DNA of 63,455 nucleotides, counting the filler, from Octopus bimaculoides (taxonomy: Eukaryota), in the NCBI RefSeq assembly GCF_001194135.2. It is 7 parts of 6 records of this genome, joined end to end, with 100 filler letters (N's around TTAATTAATTAA, not from the genome) between each part and the next. Parts side by side here need not be neighbours in the genome. Positions count along the whole stretch, not along the records: positions 17,102 to 34,944 come from NC_068990.1; positions 35,045 to 43,140 come from NC_068997.1; 5 more parts are not named here. The stretch is one strand, 5' to 3'. Shown piece by piece: positions 23,326-36,428 of this stretch (its first letter is position 1; every line of letters begins with the position of its first letter). Below the pieces are notes generated by a model. That model had not been told where the DNA came from and searched no databases. It was given only the letters and a program-made list of their open reading frames with translations. Both the position numbers and the translations under genes were made by a program.

Positions 23326-24203
23326 AGTAAATAATTTAGTCACTCCTTGACTGCTTCCTAGTAATTAGCCAACATGATTCTTAGTCCTTAATCCTAGTAA
23401 TTAATTAAACACTAATTCGAAATGAGTGCCGAGACATCTACAGTCGTTTTCCATTTTGGATCTCGTCAGGTTTTTATTACGCCTGTCGTCGATTAAATGT
23501 GAAATTAGTATTTTCTTCCTGCTTTCCATGTATTGAAAAACTGAGGTCTTAGCGCGGAAAATAATTTCGCAATGCGACTACATCTTTACTATATGTATTA
23601 TACATCACTCCATATACTCATACCAGACTTCATTGGAAGTCTGATATAACTATTGCTAAAATATTGCAAGGAAGAACAAAAATAGTATATTGGCTCGTTG
23701 ATTGGAATATAAATTTGATCAATTACTTTAAACTAGTAATCTTCAGGATAAAATGTAACTGTTTTTGATTAATTTTCTGCACAGGTTACACATGAGAATA
23801 GAATATTTGTATCATTAATTCACTGTCTACGATAAGCGAAAAACACCGAAAGAATTTGTATCTCTTGATAAAAGGAACGTGTATTGAATTTACGTTAGAC
23901 TTCATGTCTTAGAAATAGCATATTTCGATGCCTTTAACCAAAAACAGAAAATTCTTTTTTTTTAATTTACTCATCACAGTACACTGACGAAACCAGTAAA
24001 AATGGCTGATGGATGAAAAAAAATAAACAAACACAAAAAACACAAAGGAAAACATTACTGTTTGAAAGAATATATAATAAACATTTAAAAAATAACTTGA
24101 ATAATGAAAGCTTCTCCTCTCATCTTCAATGTGAAATGTATATGTATATATATGTATGTGTGTGTGTGTATGTATGCATAATATATATATACATATATAT
24201 ACA

Positions 24204-24255
<52 letters not shown>

Positions 24256-24529
24256 ACAAATGGCATTCAAAATTTATGACAGTTTTTGCGGTGGGAATTG
24301 TCCAGATTGATGTATGACATCTCAGCTATTAGAAGTTTTACGGTTTAAAATTGTACCTGCAGATGTTGATTATACGTTCTAATGTAATCGATGCATACAT
24401 AAATAAAGCATTATCGAGTCATCAATGAAATTGTACCTTAAATTTGAAACTGCATTTGTGTTCTCTTTTTACAAGTACAGCACAACTGGAAACAACTCCA
24501 GACTTGGATCTACGGTTTAAATTAGATTT

Positions 24530-24919
24530 GGTACTTTTTGGTTATCTCACCCCCATTAAAAAAAAGGGCTATCTCACCCAACCAAAAAATGAAAAATTAA
24601 TAAACATGAAAAGTGAAAAGATTAAACATCTTATTGAATCTGATATTTTTATAACAAATCATGCAAAACTGAAACAATTAATAAACATGAAAACTGAAAA
24701 AATTAAACATACCATTGAATCTCACAACATTTTTATAACAAATCATGCCATGTCTATTGAGGAAGCCCAAAGTCAACAATGTGTTGAAGTATTCAATCAA
24801 AAGGATCTGACCATTTTCATCCAATCTCTTGTCGCCACATAAACTAAACTTTTTAGTGGGGAGATAACCCAAATTTTCATGGCAATTTTTTAATGGGGGT
24901 GAGATAACCAAAAAGTACC
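24530..24919. mobile_element. 390-bp MITE with perfect 33-bp TIRs and 8-bp TSD (Merlin-like)
   Basis: ggtactttttggttatctcacccccattaaaaa is present inverted at both ends, with flanks ttagattt and ttagatgt. GGTAC fits the GGNRM Merlin terminus. Confidence 0.8.
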
Positions 24920-25996
24920 TTAGATGTGGAACTACAATATCCAGCCAACACTTGATACGTTCATTGTTGTTTAGGTCACTGAGAACTCTCTGTCATCGTA
25001 CCTGCCTAAAACTGATGTGCTATGCGTTCAAGGGCCTAGACTTTATGCGTTCTTCGGCCTAGACTTGATACATCAAGATCCTAGTGTATGTTGATGTGAT
25101 TGCTGGGACTATTATTACCATCTCTATTAATACTACCACCATTACTATTCTTATTATTAGTAGTAGTATTGTTAATAAAGGGCTATTGTTCTATTATATA
25201 ATTTGCTAATTTGATAATTAAATTTAATTTATGAATATCGTTAATTTTACTCCCTTATTAATATTAATTAATATTAATTAAGTTTATTTATTGAGGAGTT
25301 TATATTTATTCAGCTACTCTACTTACTATTGTTTACTTGATATCTATTCTCATTTTTGTATTACGCATCATTCAGTCACTTAAATCGATTAAATGTATGT
25401 TTAGACTGATGAACACATCGTGACGCGCACTCACGTCTATGGTCTATTAATTTGTCTTTCGATGTAAGAATTCTGTGAATTTCTTCAACACACAGTTCTT
25501 ACCGTTTGCTTCCTCTGTTATATGGTTTGGCTCTACTAATTATTTTCCAGGTAATTTCAAATTCGTTATTATTATCTTTTGTTGATCGCAATAGTAACAA
25601 CAATAACATCACCATACGCTAAGTAACCTGATACAAAATATCCTACCATTCACTACTCAAAGGATAAAACACATTTGCATACTACTAACTCATTCTTGGA
25701 TAGCCGGTCACTTGTTTTTCTAAACAGCAGAGTTGAAAAGATCAGAATTTAGGTTATTTTTAGAATACTAACAATACGTGTATGAAGCATTTTGGTTGTA
25801 CTTGTATTTAGTTCAAATGGGATCTGAAACGCTGTTCATGGCACCCCGAAGAAGCAACAATTAACACCAAAACTCACACCAAAATACAAAGGTTTGCAGT
25901 GCTCACAAAATTGCAGCAGGGTCATATGTAGGCGCAGAAATGGAATGGCGTAATTGACTGCAAAATAAAACTGGATAATACATTTGTTTACTTCTT

Positions 25997-26041
<45 letters not shown>

Positions 26042-27133
26042 AGTAAAAATAAATACAAAAAAGGTGGGTTTTTTGTATGATTGTGTATAGAGGAATATAT
26101 TATTTTGTTTAAAAGAGTTCCAACACTGTCTGTTTTTTATGTTTTATTTATATTCTTGCAGAACCAATGTTGGGTATAGAATATGGAATATACAATATAT
26201 AATATAATATACAATATATAATATAAAATAAAATAAAAATGGATGGCACCATGAAATAAAGTATTGAATGTAGATGAAATATTGAGTGTTCAATATAGAG
26301 GATCAAATATATAAATATAAATATATATATATATACATGCACACACACACAAACACACACACACACACGCAAACACACACACACGCACACACACACACAC
26401 ACACGCCCCCCCCCACACACACACATTTATATATATATATATAGTAAGATAATGCCGTTAGTAGGAAAGGTTAAGAATCTAAAGGAAGGACGGAGAAAAT
26501 AAAAATGTATTAAAATAGTCTAAAATAAGTTGAAATGAGGTCTGAAGAGGTTTCATTTTACTGATATATTTAGGGATATTCACCAGCACATTATATACAG
26601 GTATATATACACATATATATGAACATTATACGCATTCATATATACATGCATACATACATACATGCATACATACATAAAATGCATACATAACATATGAGGA
26701 ATTACATATATACAAATATATATATATATATATGTACATACATATATATACGTACATACATACATACATACATACATACATACATGCATACATACATGCA
26801 TGCATACATACATACATACATACATACATACATACATACATACATACATACATACATAGAGACACACATGCAATCGTATGTTAAATGTTTATAAATTAGC
26901 AGGTTACCTACTAATGAGATGTACCTCCCCAATTTTTTTTTCAATTAAGAAATTCTTTATCAACTGTACTTGTCACGTAGTTCAACACAGAACAGATATC
27001 TACACATGTACTGCTGCTTATTTAAAATATCCTATCGTAATTCTATGTCTAGACAGGATCCATTTTGAAATAATATAATGATACTAGTAAATTACATGTT
27101 AAGAGAAAAATTATACTATTATCTATCAATATC

Positions 27134-27186
<53 letters not shown>

Positions 27187-27201
27187 CTGTCTGTCTGTCT
27201 G

Positions 27202-27261
<60 letters not shown>

Positions 27262-27275
27262 AATACATACATATA

Positions 27276-27312
<37 letters not shown>

Positions 27313-28390
27313 TGCTCCAGCATGACCGCAGCTGCATGCCAGAAACGAGTAATAAGAGTATATATATGGGAGTAAATGTAAAGAAAAGGAAGTTAAGCAA
27401 GTCGATATACCAAAAAAATATCAAATACATTAAATACAAAAATGTAAACATACGTACTTTTTTTTTAGTATTAAACGTATTTAATATTATTTTGTATATC
27501 GACTTGCTTAACTTACTTCACCTAGCATTTACTCCTCTACCTGCTCAATTTCAAATCTTTAGAGCACCATGAAATATATTCTATACAGATAATACCTGTC
27601 TCTACTCTATAAACCATATGTCAGGTCAGCTGGCCCTGGGGTAAAGATTCGTCCATACATTATAGCAGTCATTCGGTTTCGAAGACTGTCATCGCTTAAT
27701 TGTTCCCATAACGCAGATCGAATGTGAGTTTTCAGTTTTGCTATGTACTAACATTGATATACACAAATTTGACAATGATGGACGCCTCTTGTTGTAGGTG
27801 TTCAGAGAGTTGCCACCGACATTGACATATGTCTTAATTCCGTCATGTAATCTTTTATTGTGTTTTGCCTTTTCCATCTGCGGTCAGCCATAGTATGAAA
27901 TACTTAATGAAGATATTAAATATCAAGTGAACATACTTGGATTAGCGGTTAGGGTATTCGGTTCGCAATCATGAGTTCGATTCCTCGTGGTGCATTGTGT
28001 CCTTGAGCCAGATACTTTATTTCACATTGTTCCAGTGCAAATGTGAATAGTGCGTGTGTTTCAAAAAGGGCCAGACATATCACATTCTGTGTCACACTAA
28101 ATACTCTTGAGAAGTATGTTAAGTGTACGCGTATCTCTGAAATGTTCATCCATTTGCACGTTAATTTCACGAGTAGCTTCTCCCATTGAGCAGATCAATT
28201 GTAACCCTCATCGTCGTAAACGACGGAATACCAGTTAGTTAAATACCAAGTGATGTCGGAGGCTAAAGCTATTTAAAATGAAGAAACGTTTTTCAATGAG
28301 CCAGTCGCATTTCTAAGCGATGAATACATTTGCCCAAAAAGAACTAGTCCACATTAGTCGTGTCACGTTAGAGTTTTCTTTCGCCTAGAG

Positions 28391-28747
28391 CAGGAATTCT
28401 CAACCATATTTTCTCTATGGGCCCTTTTGATTTCTATTTTATTCTGGTGGACCCCCATAACCATTCGATGCTTAAAAACTAATTTTATACACACCTCTTC
28501 CAAAATTCCTATTTTGTTTTTCTCACATTGACTTGTGCCGGTTGAACTATGTAATGTAAAATGTTAGACAGAGAAACCTAGTTTTTGCAATACACACCAA
28601 TAAATACAGCTTAAGCAAAACTTTCTCAGAGGCCCTTAAAATACTATTCAGTATTTTGTTACATGGACCCCATCACCCACCCTATCCGAAAACATATATC
28701 TTATATGGACTCTCAGGAGCCATATGGACCCCGCTTGAGAAGCACTG
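28391..28747. mobile_element. hAT (Charlie-like) MITE
   Basis: Imperfect TIRs caggaattctcaacc and (reverse complement) cagtgcttctcaagc. Decayed 8-bp TSD gcctagag / gagtagag. Confidence 0.6.
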
Positions 28748-29237
28748 GAGTAGAGAAATATTTAAACAAAGACCAGAGGACTCTCGTTCCTAGCTGCTGG
28801 ATGACGATTTACTGTACTGAATTCATCCACCCATTGACAAGTTTTGTGTCTCCTTCTGCAGGGCGTCCAACCAAAACTACCATCATGCTTAATGGTATGT
28901 ACGCCAACAAATGGTTTGGAGCTGCAGTACTTCAACCAGAGGAGAGCCAACGGTTTTTGTGTGTTTTTAAATGGCTTATAAACACCTTCCACGCTGCAAT
29001 TGTCTTTGCTTCAGCACACGATCTCAGATCAAGTCACTTGTATGCAAGTACATCTCCGTAATATATATACAGCGAAATAATAAGTCAACTAATTATTGAT
29101 ACTTTGAGGCCTTCATTTGTAAGTTAGTTTCAATAATTGCATAAACTCAAAAATTCATTTCATCATCAAAATTTAATGGAATATCAAAACGTTTTTCTGG
29201 CGCCCACAAACATATGGATATCACGTGCCAAGCAAAA

Positions 29238-29522
29238 GAAGAAGAAGAAGAAGAAGAAGAAGAAGAAGAAGAAGAAGAAGAAGAAGAGGGGGAGGAGGAG
29301 GTGAAGGGGAATCAGCAGCAACGGGAAGGGAAGAGCAGGGGGTGAAGATGGAGAAGGTAGAAGAAGGAGGAAAATTTGAAGAAAATGATGATGAGGAGGA
29401 GGAGGAAATAGAAGAAGAAGAAGAAGAAGAAGAAGAAGAAGAAGAAGAAGAAGAAGAAGAAGAAGAAGAAGAAGAAGAAGAAGAAGAAGAAGACCAACAA
29501 CAACAACAGCAATAACAACAAC
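29238..29522. repeat. Compound trinucleotide tract (GAA)n/(GAG)n/(GAA)n/(CAA)n
   Basis: Read directly from the sequence. Confidence 0.95.
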
Positions 29523-30138
29523 AAGGGAAAACATAAAATACAACGTTATATTCAACTATCCCACACAAATTTGATAATGATAAAAAAAATTTTTTAAATA
29601 TAAAACATGGTACATGTGAGAAACACCAGTAATGGAACAGATGTGGAGATCTAATACAATAAATAAATATATAATTTCCACACGTAAATATGCTAGTATA
29701 CCTCCATTTTGCAGGTATCAGATTACGAATGCATAAAAAACACATTAGCGATAAATTTCAGATTTTGTATATTATAACACTTTTGAAGTAATCAGAGAAG
29801 ATAAGAAGACAAGGCAGCATACTAGAGGTCACTGTCAAGCAGTAATAGTGACGTTGTTACCGATTCGTTTCCAACGAATAATGGCTCAGCTTCATATGTA
29901 ATACTGTTTGAGAGAAAAAGAATTCAGCATGCGTCATATAAAACAGCAATTCCAAAGACGAAGCAAACAGCAACATCAAAAGCTGCGGCAGCAGTTGTCA
30001 ATGTGAAATATGTGGAAGTATATAAACATGTAAATATGAGGCACATACTGTTGAATGTGTAACATGTGAGGCAAAGTGATGAGGTCGAAAGCTAGCACGA
30101 AGAGTCATACATCATATTCGGCGACGTGTTGTCAAGTA

Positions 30139-30184
<46 letters not shown>

Positions 30185-30204
30185 ACGCTTATGTGTGTAC
30201 GTGC

Positions 30205-30247
<43 letters not shown>

Positions 30248-31530
30248 GTCTGTCAGATACCGGCCATGATGAAATACGAAAGAAAGGTATTGAAAATACG
30301 TATTCGCCTTTATATATTTAATCCTTTATATTGAACACTCAATATTTCATATATTCAATAAGACATTCAATACTTCATTTCATTGTACCATCCATTTTTA
30401 TATTATATATTATATATTCCATATTCTATATCCCACATTAATTTTACAAGAATATAAATAAAACATAAAAAACAAACAGAGTTGGAACTCTTTTAATAAA
30501 ATAATATATTCCTCTATACACGATCATACAAAAAAAACCTTTTTTGTATTTATTTTTAGTCACACACACACNNNNNNNNNNNNNNNNNNNNNNNNNNNNN
30601 NNNNNNNNNNNNNNNNNNNNNNNNNNNNNNNNNNNNNNNNNNNNNNNNNNNNNNNNNNNNNNNNNNNNNNNNNNNNNNNNNNNNNNNNNNNNNNNNNNNN
30701 NNNNNNNNNNNNNNNNNNNNNNNNNNNNNNNNNNNNNNNNNNNNNNNNNNNNNNNNNNNNNNNNNNNNNNNNNNNNNNNNNNNNNNNNNNNNNNNNNNNN
30801 NNNNNNNNNNNNNNNNNNNNNNNNNNNNNNNNNNNNNNNNNNNNNNNNNNNNNNNNNNNNNNNNNNNNNNNNNNNNNNNNNNNNNNNNNNNNNNNNNNNN
30901 NNNNNNNNNNNNNNNNNNNNNNNNNNNNNNNNNNNNNNNNNNNNNNNNNNNNNNNNNNNNNNNNNNNNNNNNNNNNNNNNNNNNNNNNNNNNNNNNNNNN
31001 NNNNNNNNNNNNNNNNNNNNNNNNNNNNNNNNNNNNNNNNNNNNNNNNNNNNNNNNNNNNNNNNNNNNNNNNNNNNNNNNNNNNNNNNNNNNNNNNNNNN
31101 NNNNNNNNNNNNNNNNNNNNNNNNNNNNNNNNNNNNNNNNNNNNNNNNNNNNNNNNNNNNNNNNNNNNNNNNNNNNNNNNNNNNNNNNNNNNNNNNNNNN
31201 NNNNNNNNNNNNNNNNNNNNNNNNNNNNNNNNNNNNNNNNNNNNNNNNNNNNNNNNNNNNNNNNNNNNNNNNNNNNNNNNNNNNNNNNNNNNNNNNNNNN
31301 NNNNNNNNNNNNNNNNNNNNNNNNNNNNNNNNNNNNNNNNNNNNNNNNNNNNNNNNNNNNNNNNNNNNNNNNNNNNNNNNNNNNNNNNNNNNNNNNNNNN
31401 NNNNNNNNNNNNNNNNNNNNNNNNNNNNNNNNNNNNNNNNNNNNNNNNNNNNNNNNNNNNNNNNNNNNNNNNNNNNNNNNNNNNNNNNNNNNNNNNNNNN
31501 NNNNNNNNNNNNNNNNNNNNNNNNNNNNNN

Positions 31531-31640
31531 GGAATATCCCTTCATCAGCTGTCTCTATTCTATCTAGACGTTTCGAAGATAAGACAGAACGTACTCTAGA
31601 ATAGTCTCTTCCTGAGTAGTGGATCAACCCACTACACAGA
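31531..31640 (-). mobile_element. Probable Penelope-like terminal repeat with hammerhead-like motifs
   Basis: Minus strand reads cGAAACGTC...agCTGATGAagggatattcc into the gap. Confidence 0.4.
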
Positions 31641-32477
31641 GGATTCCAAGGTGGCAAACACAAACCAAGACAGGAAGAAATGGACAGTGAAAACAACATT
31701 CAAAAGCCGTACGGCCAAACGCAGATCTGAGGTAGAACGCTAGTAGTTCGTCTTGCCTTCACAGCGGCTGGAGTGAAAAGAAAGTTGACCACAGGTCACA
31801 CGAGAGCAGAGAGGATGGTGGAGGGAGGAAGTGGAACAAGGAGGAAGGGACAGAAGGGTATAGCAGTGAAGTAGAGGCCAATATGTATATATACATAATT
31901 GTTAAATAGGACAACAAACATTAAGGCAAGGTAAACATCTCAAATCGTTTCCAATAATAATATTGTATTATAACATTGTATACGACTTGAGATGTTTCCG
32001 TCGTCTTCATGTGTCTTGTCTTCTTTAACAGTTATATATCCGCTGCATCGGAAATCTGCAATGGCTCCATAACTACCGTCTCGGCTTAAACCTTGGAGTC
32101 CCAGTAATCTGTTACAGCACTTACCTAGCGTACCTAATCGTTTAGATCCCCCGTGAACTAAACCCCCATAATTTGTTTGTGTGTGTGTGTGTGTGTATGT
32201 GTGTGCGTGTGTATTGAAAGATACAGATAAGGAAATAATTTTATTCTCAAAGGCAGCGTAATCACAGCGATGTGAGTTCGAGTCTCATAGCTAGTCGCCG
32301 ACAGGATTTTCTGCAAAATATGGATAGTTTATTCAATTCATGCTATATTATTAGCATTATCCTGCGTTTGAGAATAAAATTATTTCCTTATCTGTATCTT
32401 TCAATAGATCTCAATGCTTCTAAAGCAAACTTTGTTGACTTTCAACGTAAGTTTATATATATATATATATATATACA

Positions 32478-32504
32478 CTAGCAATGCACCCCAGCGTTGC
32501 CCGA
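32478..32504 (-). mobile_element. Helitron 3' terminus related to the 14443 element
   Basis: Minus strand ctcgggcaacgctggggtgcattgCTAG|t. The 5' end was not located. Confidence 0.55.
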
Positions 32505-34703
32505 GTGTTATGACGTACAGATACATTGTATTAAATCCTCATCCATAATGATGGTAATGTGATAGTAATGAGGAGGAATGTTAGGTGGAGGCCGAGGAAC
32601 CGGAGAATATCAAATCTACAGACGTCTTATTCGTATAAACTTGAATATATAACTCTTGAGTGAATTTCTCTCAAAGCTCAACAAGTACGTCCACACTTCT
32701 GTATGCACTTATGTCCCACTCTATACCGCAAAAGAACAGAATAAGCATGCTTCATCGAAAACATATGACTGAGCAATTTATTGTCAAATATGTTTAGCAA
32801 GTCTCGACTTAAGATGATTGACATGCCTCGACTCGAAACGTTAAGCAATTCGTGGCTCCTGGAGATGAATAATTTCGAGTGATTTAAGTTAATGTTTTTT
32901 TTTAAAATTAAGCATTGCTGGAAACATTGCTGAAAATGACGAAATAAAAGAAATATTCTGTTGGTTATTGAGTATCAAGTTTCTCTCTCTTATATCTAGC
33001 TAAGGTATCCATTCGTAATTCTATTTCTGTACAAGACTTTTTCAAATAATATGAATAGATTTTGTAGATAATTGTCGATGACATATTCTCAAGCTTACCG
33101 TCAGATTCATCAATAACTCTTAGTACGACTAGCTTTAATGCAATACTGATAGCCTAGAACCCACCAGCACAAGCCACACCAATACATTTATCACTTATAC
33201 TATTCAATATGATTGTCTGTAGAAACCATATGATTCACGGTCTAAATATTATCAAGAGACCACCTAGACGCTCCATCTTTGAACAGTCATTTAGCTACTT
33301 CGAAGAGTTGTTTAGCTCGCCTTCCAGTTCTTATGCGACCGTCCCGAAAGTCTTTTTATTCTTCTTTCTGTATATACCACTTTGTCTTGATCTTTCTTTC
33401 TCCTGTTTTTTTTTTATTATGTTTTAGTCTATTTGTTTCTTTTCAACGTATTGAAATCGTGACAATGTTCGGTATAATTTCTTTCATCATTACATTGAAA
33501 TGTTCTTCTCTTAGCCACCTTCCTATCGTCTCTTATTCTCCTACGTTATCAGAAATATTACATTATTGTCTTAGATATGATGTAATGCGTTGCTGCTGCT
33601 GCTGTCGTCTAGCATCAGGGCAATTCTAATCAATCAGACCTATACCATTCCGCCGATTAGATTTAATAAATTGTTGTGGTTCTGGTTGTTGTCATCACTC
33701 TTGGTTGATGTTGTTTTCGTCATCGTTGTCGTTGATGTTATTGTTGCTGTTGTTTAGCCTCTGGTTAAATCTAATGGATTATATCTATTGTGAAATGCGC
33801 TCCAGCTATGACGATCCATGTTTATGAACTCATCTGACCTCAATCAGAACTGGTATTATAGAAATAGCACCATTTTACTCTGCTATTGTTCGTTTTCTCC
33901 TGTCTTAACCTTTTTTTTCTTTAAGTGTTTGTTTACTGGTGTCAGTCCTTCAGAGAAGACTCCATTTAATTGCTTGACCTACTAAAATAACTTCAAGATA
34001 TCTCTAATAACGCATCTTACAATGCAAAGGAATGTAGTTAGATTGAAAACTACGAGATACACTAGACTGGAAAATAAAAATCGACTGTCAGCATTGGAAC
34101 GTCTTTAACAATAGGTTTCATTCACTGGACTTGATTCTGCGACTATACATCAACAGAGATAATGAAATTATATTGTTTGCTATTATAGATAGTAGGTGCA
34201 TATAAAGAGAAAATGAAAGGTAAATCTATAATTAACAACGAAGTAAGGATGACCTTAAACTGAACACTACTTCAATTCAATACATACAGAACAGCGAAGG
34301 ATGAAACAATATGACAATAAATAAGATGCTGAATCATATTAGAGAGAGCGTGATATAGAAAGAGCGAAACAAACAGTAAAAAAGAAGTACTTCAATATGA
34401 ATCTGTACCTGTTATTGTTCGTATAATGAATATATATATAACTACGTAAGTTTTAATTGATTTTCATTTCCTTTCTTCTGATCCCATTATAACGAATCCT
34501 TCGTCTTTATCCAATGAGTGAATGTTTCGTTAGCCTTTCGCTATCCATACACAAATATACACACATACACGGATGTATATGTGTGTGTGTATATATATAT
34601 TATATATATATATATTATATATATATATATATATACAATACGCACATATATATGTACCTCTATGCACACACACACACGCACACAAACACACACACACACG
34701 CAA

Positions 34704-34736
<33 letters not shown>

Positions 34737-34741
<5 letters not shown>

Positions 34742-34944
34742 ATGCGAAATGTCTCCTGCATGTGCGACCCTACAGAATTAAAGAGACATATACAACATTT
34801 CGTCCACCGCATGCAGTTCTCGGGTTACAGCCATAAAGAAAGGATCAGGGTTTACAAAGGAGCTATGAAGAAGTTTGAAACAATCAAACGCAACGATAGG
34901 AATGGGATTTGCCCACTCTATAGGAGCAAATCATGGAACACCAT
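34737..34944 (+). mobile_element. Penelope-like element RT C-terminal fragment abutting (CA)n
   Basis: RVMRNVS...F..RMQFSGYS...R......A...F....ND..G..PLYRSKSW matches the recalled PLE post-RT motif R.MRN.S / RMQ.SGY / PLYR..W. Confidence 0.7.
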
Positions 34945-35044
34945 NNNNNNNNNNNNNNNNNNNNNNNNNNNNNNNNNNNNNNNNNNNNTTAATTAATTAA
35001 NNNNNNNNNNNNNNNNNNNNNNNNNNNNNNNNNNNNNNNNNNNN
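34945..35044. other. Artificial scaffold spacer 4
   Basis: 44 N + TTAATTAATTAA + 44 N. Confidence 0.95.
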
Positions 35045-36391
35045 ATATACACATTATATAATATTATATACATATATAAACACCCACACACATATGTGTA
35101 TATGAACATGCGTGTGTAGATGTAGTTGCGTATATACACACACACACATATACATACATACATACATACATACATACATACATACATACATACATACACA
35201 CGCACAAAGTAATTTATATATATTCATACTTTTTAGATTTCGCTATTTGTGCTTAATTTAGTGTGGGAAGGCGGGTCTGGTTGGTAGTGAGGAAGTTGTG
35301 TTGAAGTGTTATGGCTGTTGGCTACCGAACGATAACGCATGTCATGTTTAGTTGGGTGAAAAAGGAGATGTTGTTGTGTTCATCCTTTTTGAGGTGTATG
35401 CGGGTCGTATGAAATTCGAATCGAAATTAGGTCTCCGACTCATCACACAAGGATTTTATCTTTAAAACATTACCTACATGTTTTGTGGATCCTCCATTGA
35501 TTTCGGCAATAAATATTCAATTTTTCGATTAATTAAATGATGTACTCTTTGGATTTGTATATAGAGTAGTTGGTTCTATCACAGACACGTATACTATTAA
35601 TGCTGAGGAGAAATTAACTGATGCAGAATGTAACAACGTTGAAACTTTTAAATCATGGGTACAATCAATCTGAAGGACTTTCACACAGATAGCATCAACC
35701 AACTTTCACTCCTGGGTCGGCCGAGATTACGATAAAAGATCCTTGTTGAAGATGCTACACAGCTGGATCGAACTAGGATCACGTGATTTCTAAGAAAACT
35801 TCAAAACCATTGGGTTATGCTTCCTCCATAAAGTCTTAGGGAACGAAAGCTTTCTTTGACTCGCCAGTTAAGTGNNNNNNNNNNNNNNNNNNNNNNNNNN
35901 NNNNNNNNNNNNNNNNNNNNNNNNNNNNNNNNNNNNNNNNNNNNNNNNNNNNNNNNNNNNNNNNNNNNNNNNNNNNNNNNNNNNNNNNNNNNNNNNNNNN
36001 NNNNNNNNNNNNNNNNNNNNNNNNNNNNNNNNNNNNNNNNNNNNNNNNNNNNNNNNNNNNNNNNNNNNNNNNNNNNNNNNNNNNNNNNNNNNNNNNNNNN
36101 NNNNNNNNNNNNNNNNNNNNNNNNNNNNNNNNNNNNNNNNNNNNNNNNNNNNNNNNNNNNNNNNNNNNNNNNNNNNNNNNNNNNNNNNNNNNNNNNNNNN
36201 NNNNNNNNNNNNNNNNNNNNNNNNNNNNNNNNNNNNNNNNNNNNNNNNNNNNNNNNNNNNNNNNNNNNNNNNNNNNNNNNNNNNNNNNNNNNNNNNNNNN
36301 NNNNNNNNNNNNNNNNNNNNNNNNNNNNNNNNNNNNNNNNNNNNNNNNNNNNNNNNNNNNNNNNNNNNNNNNNNNNNNNNNNNNNNNNNNN

Positions 36392-36428
<37 letters not shown>

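Noticed and set aside
25400-25440. CTGATGA-a-cac-atc-gtg hairpin
   Set aside because: No GAAA follows. At most a decayed PLE end.
29221-29745. Glu/Arg/Ser/Leu homopolymer ORFs
   Set aside because: Read-through of (GAA)n tracts on both strands, with no splice or domain support.
30076-30110. gtgatgaggtcgaaagctagcacgaa resembling a hammerhead or box C
   Set aside because: It begins GTGATGA rather than CTGATGA, helix II does not pair, and no box D was found.
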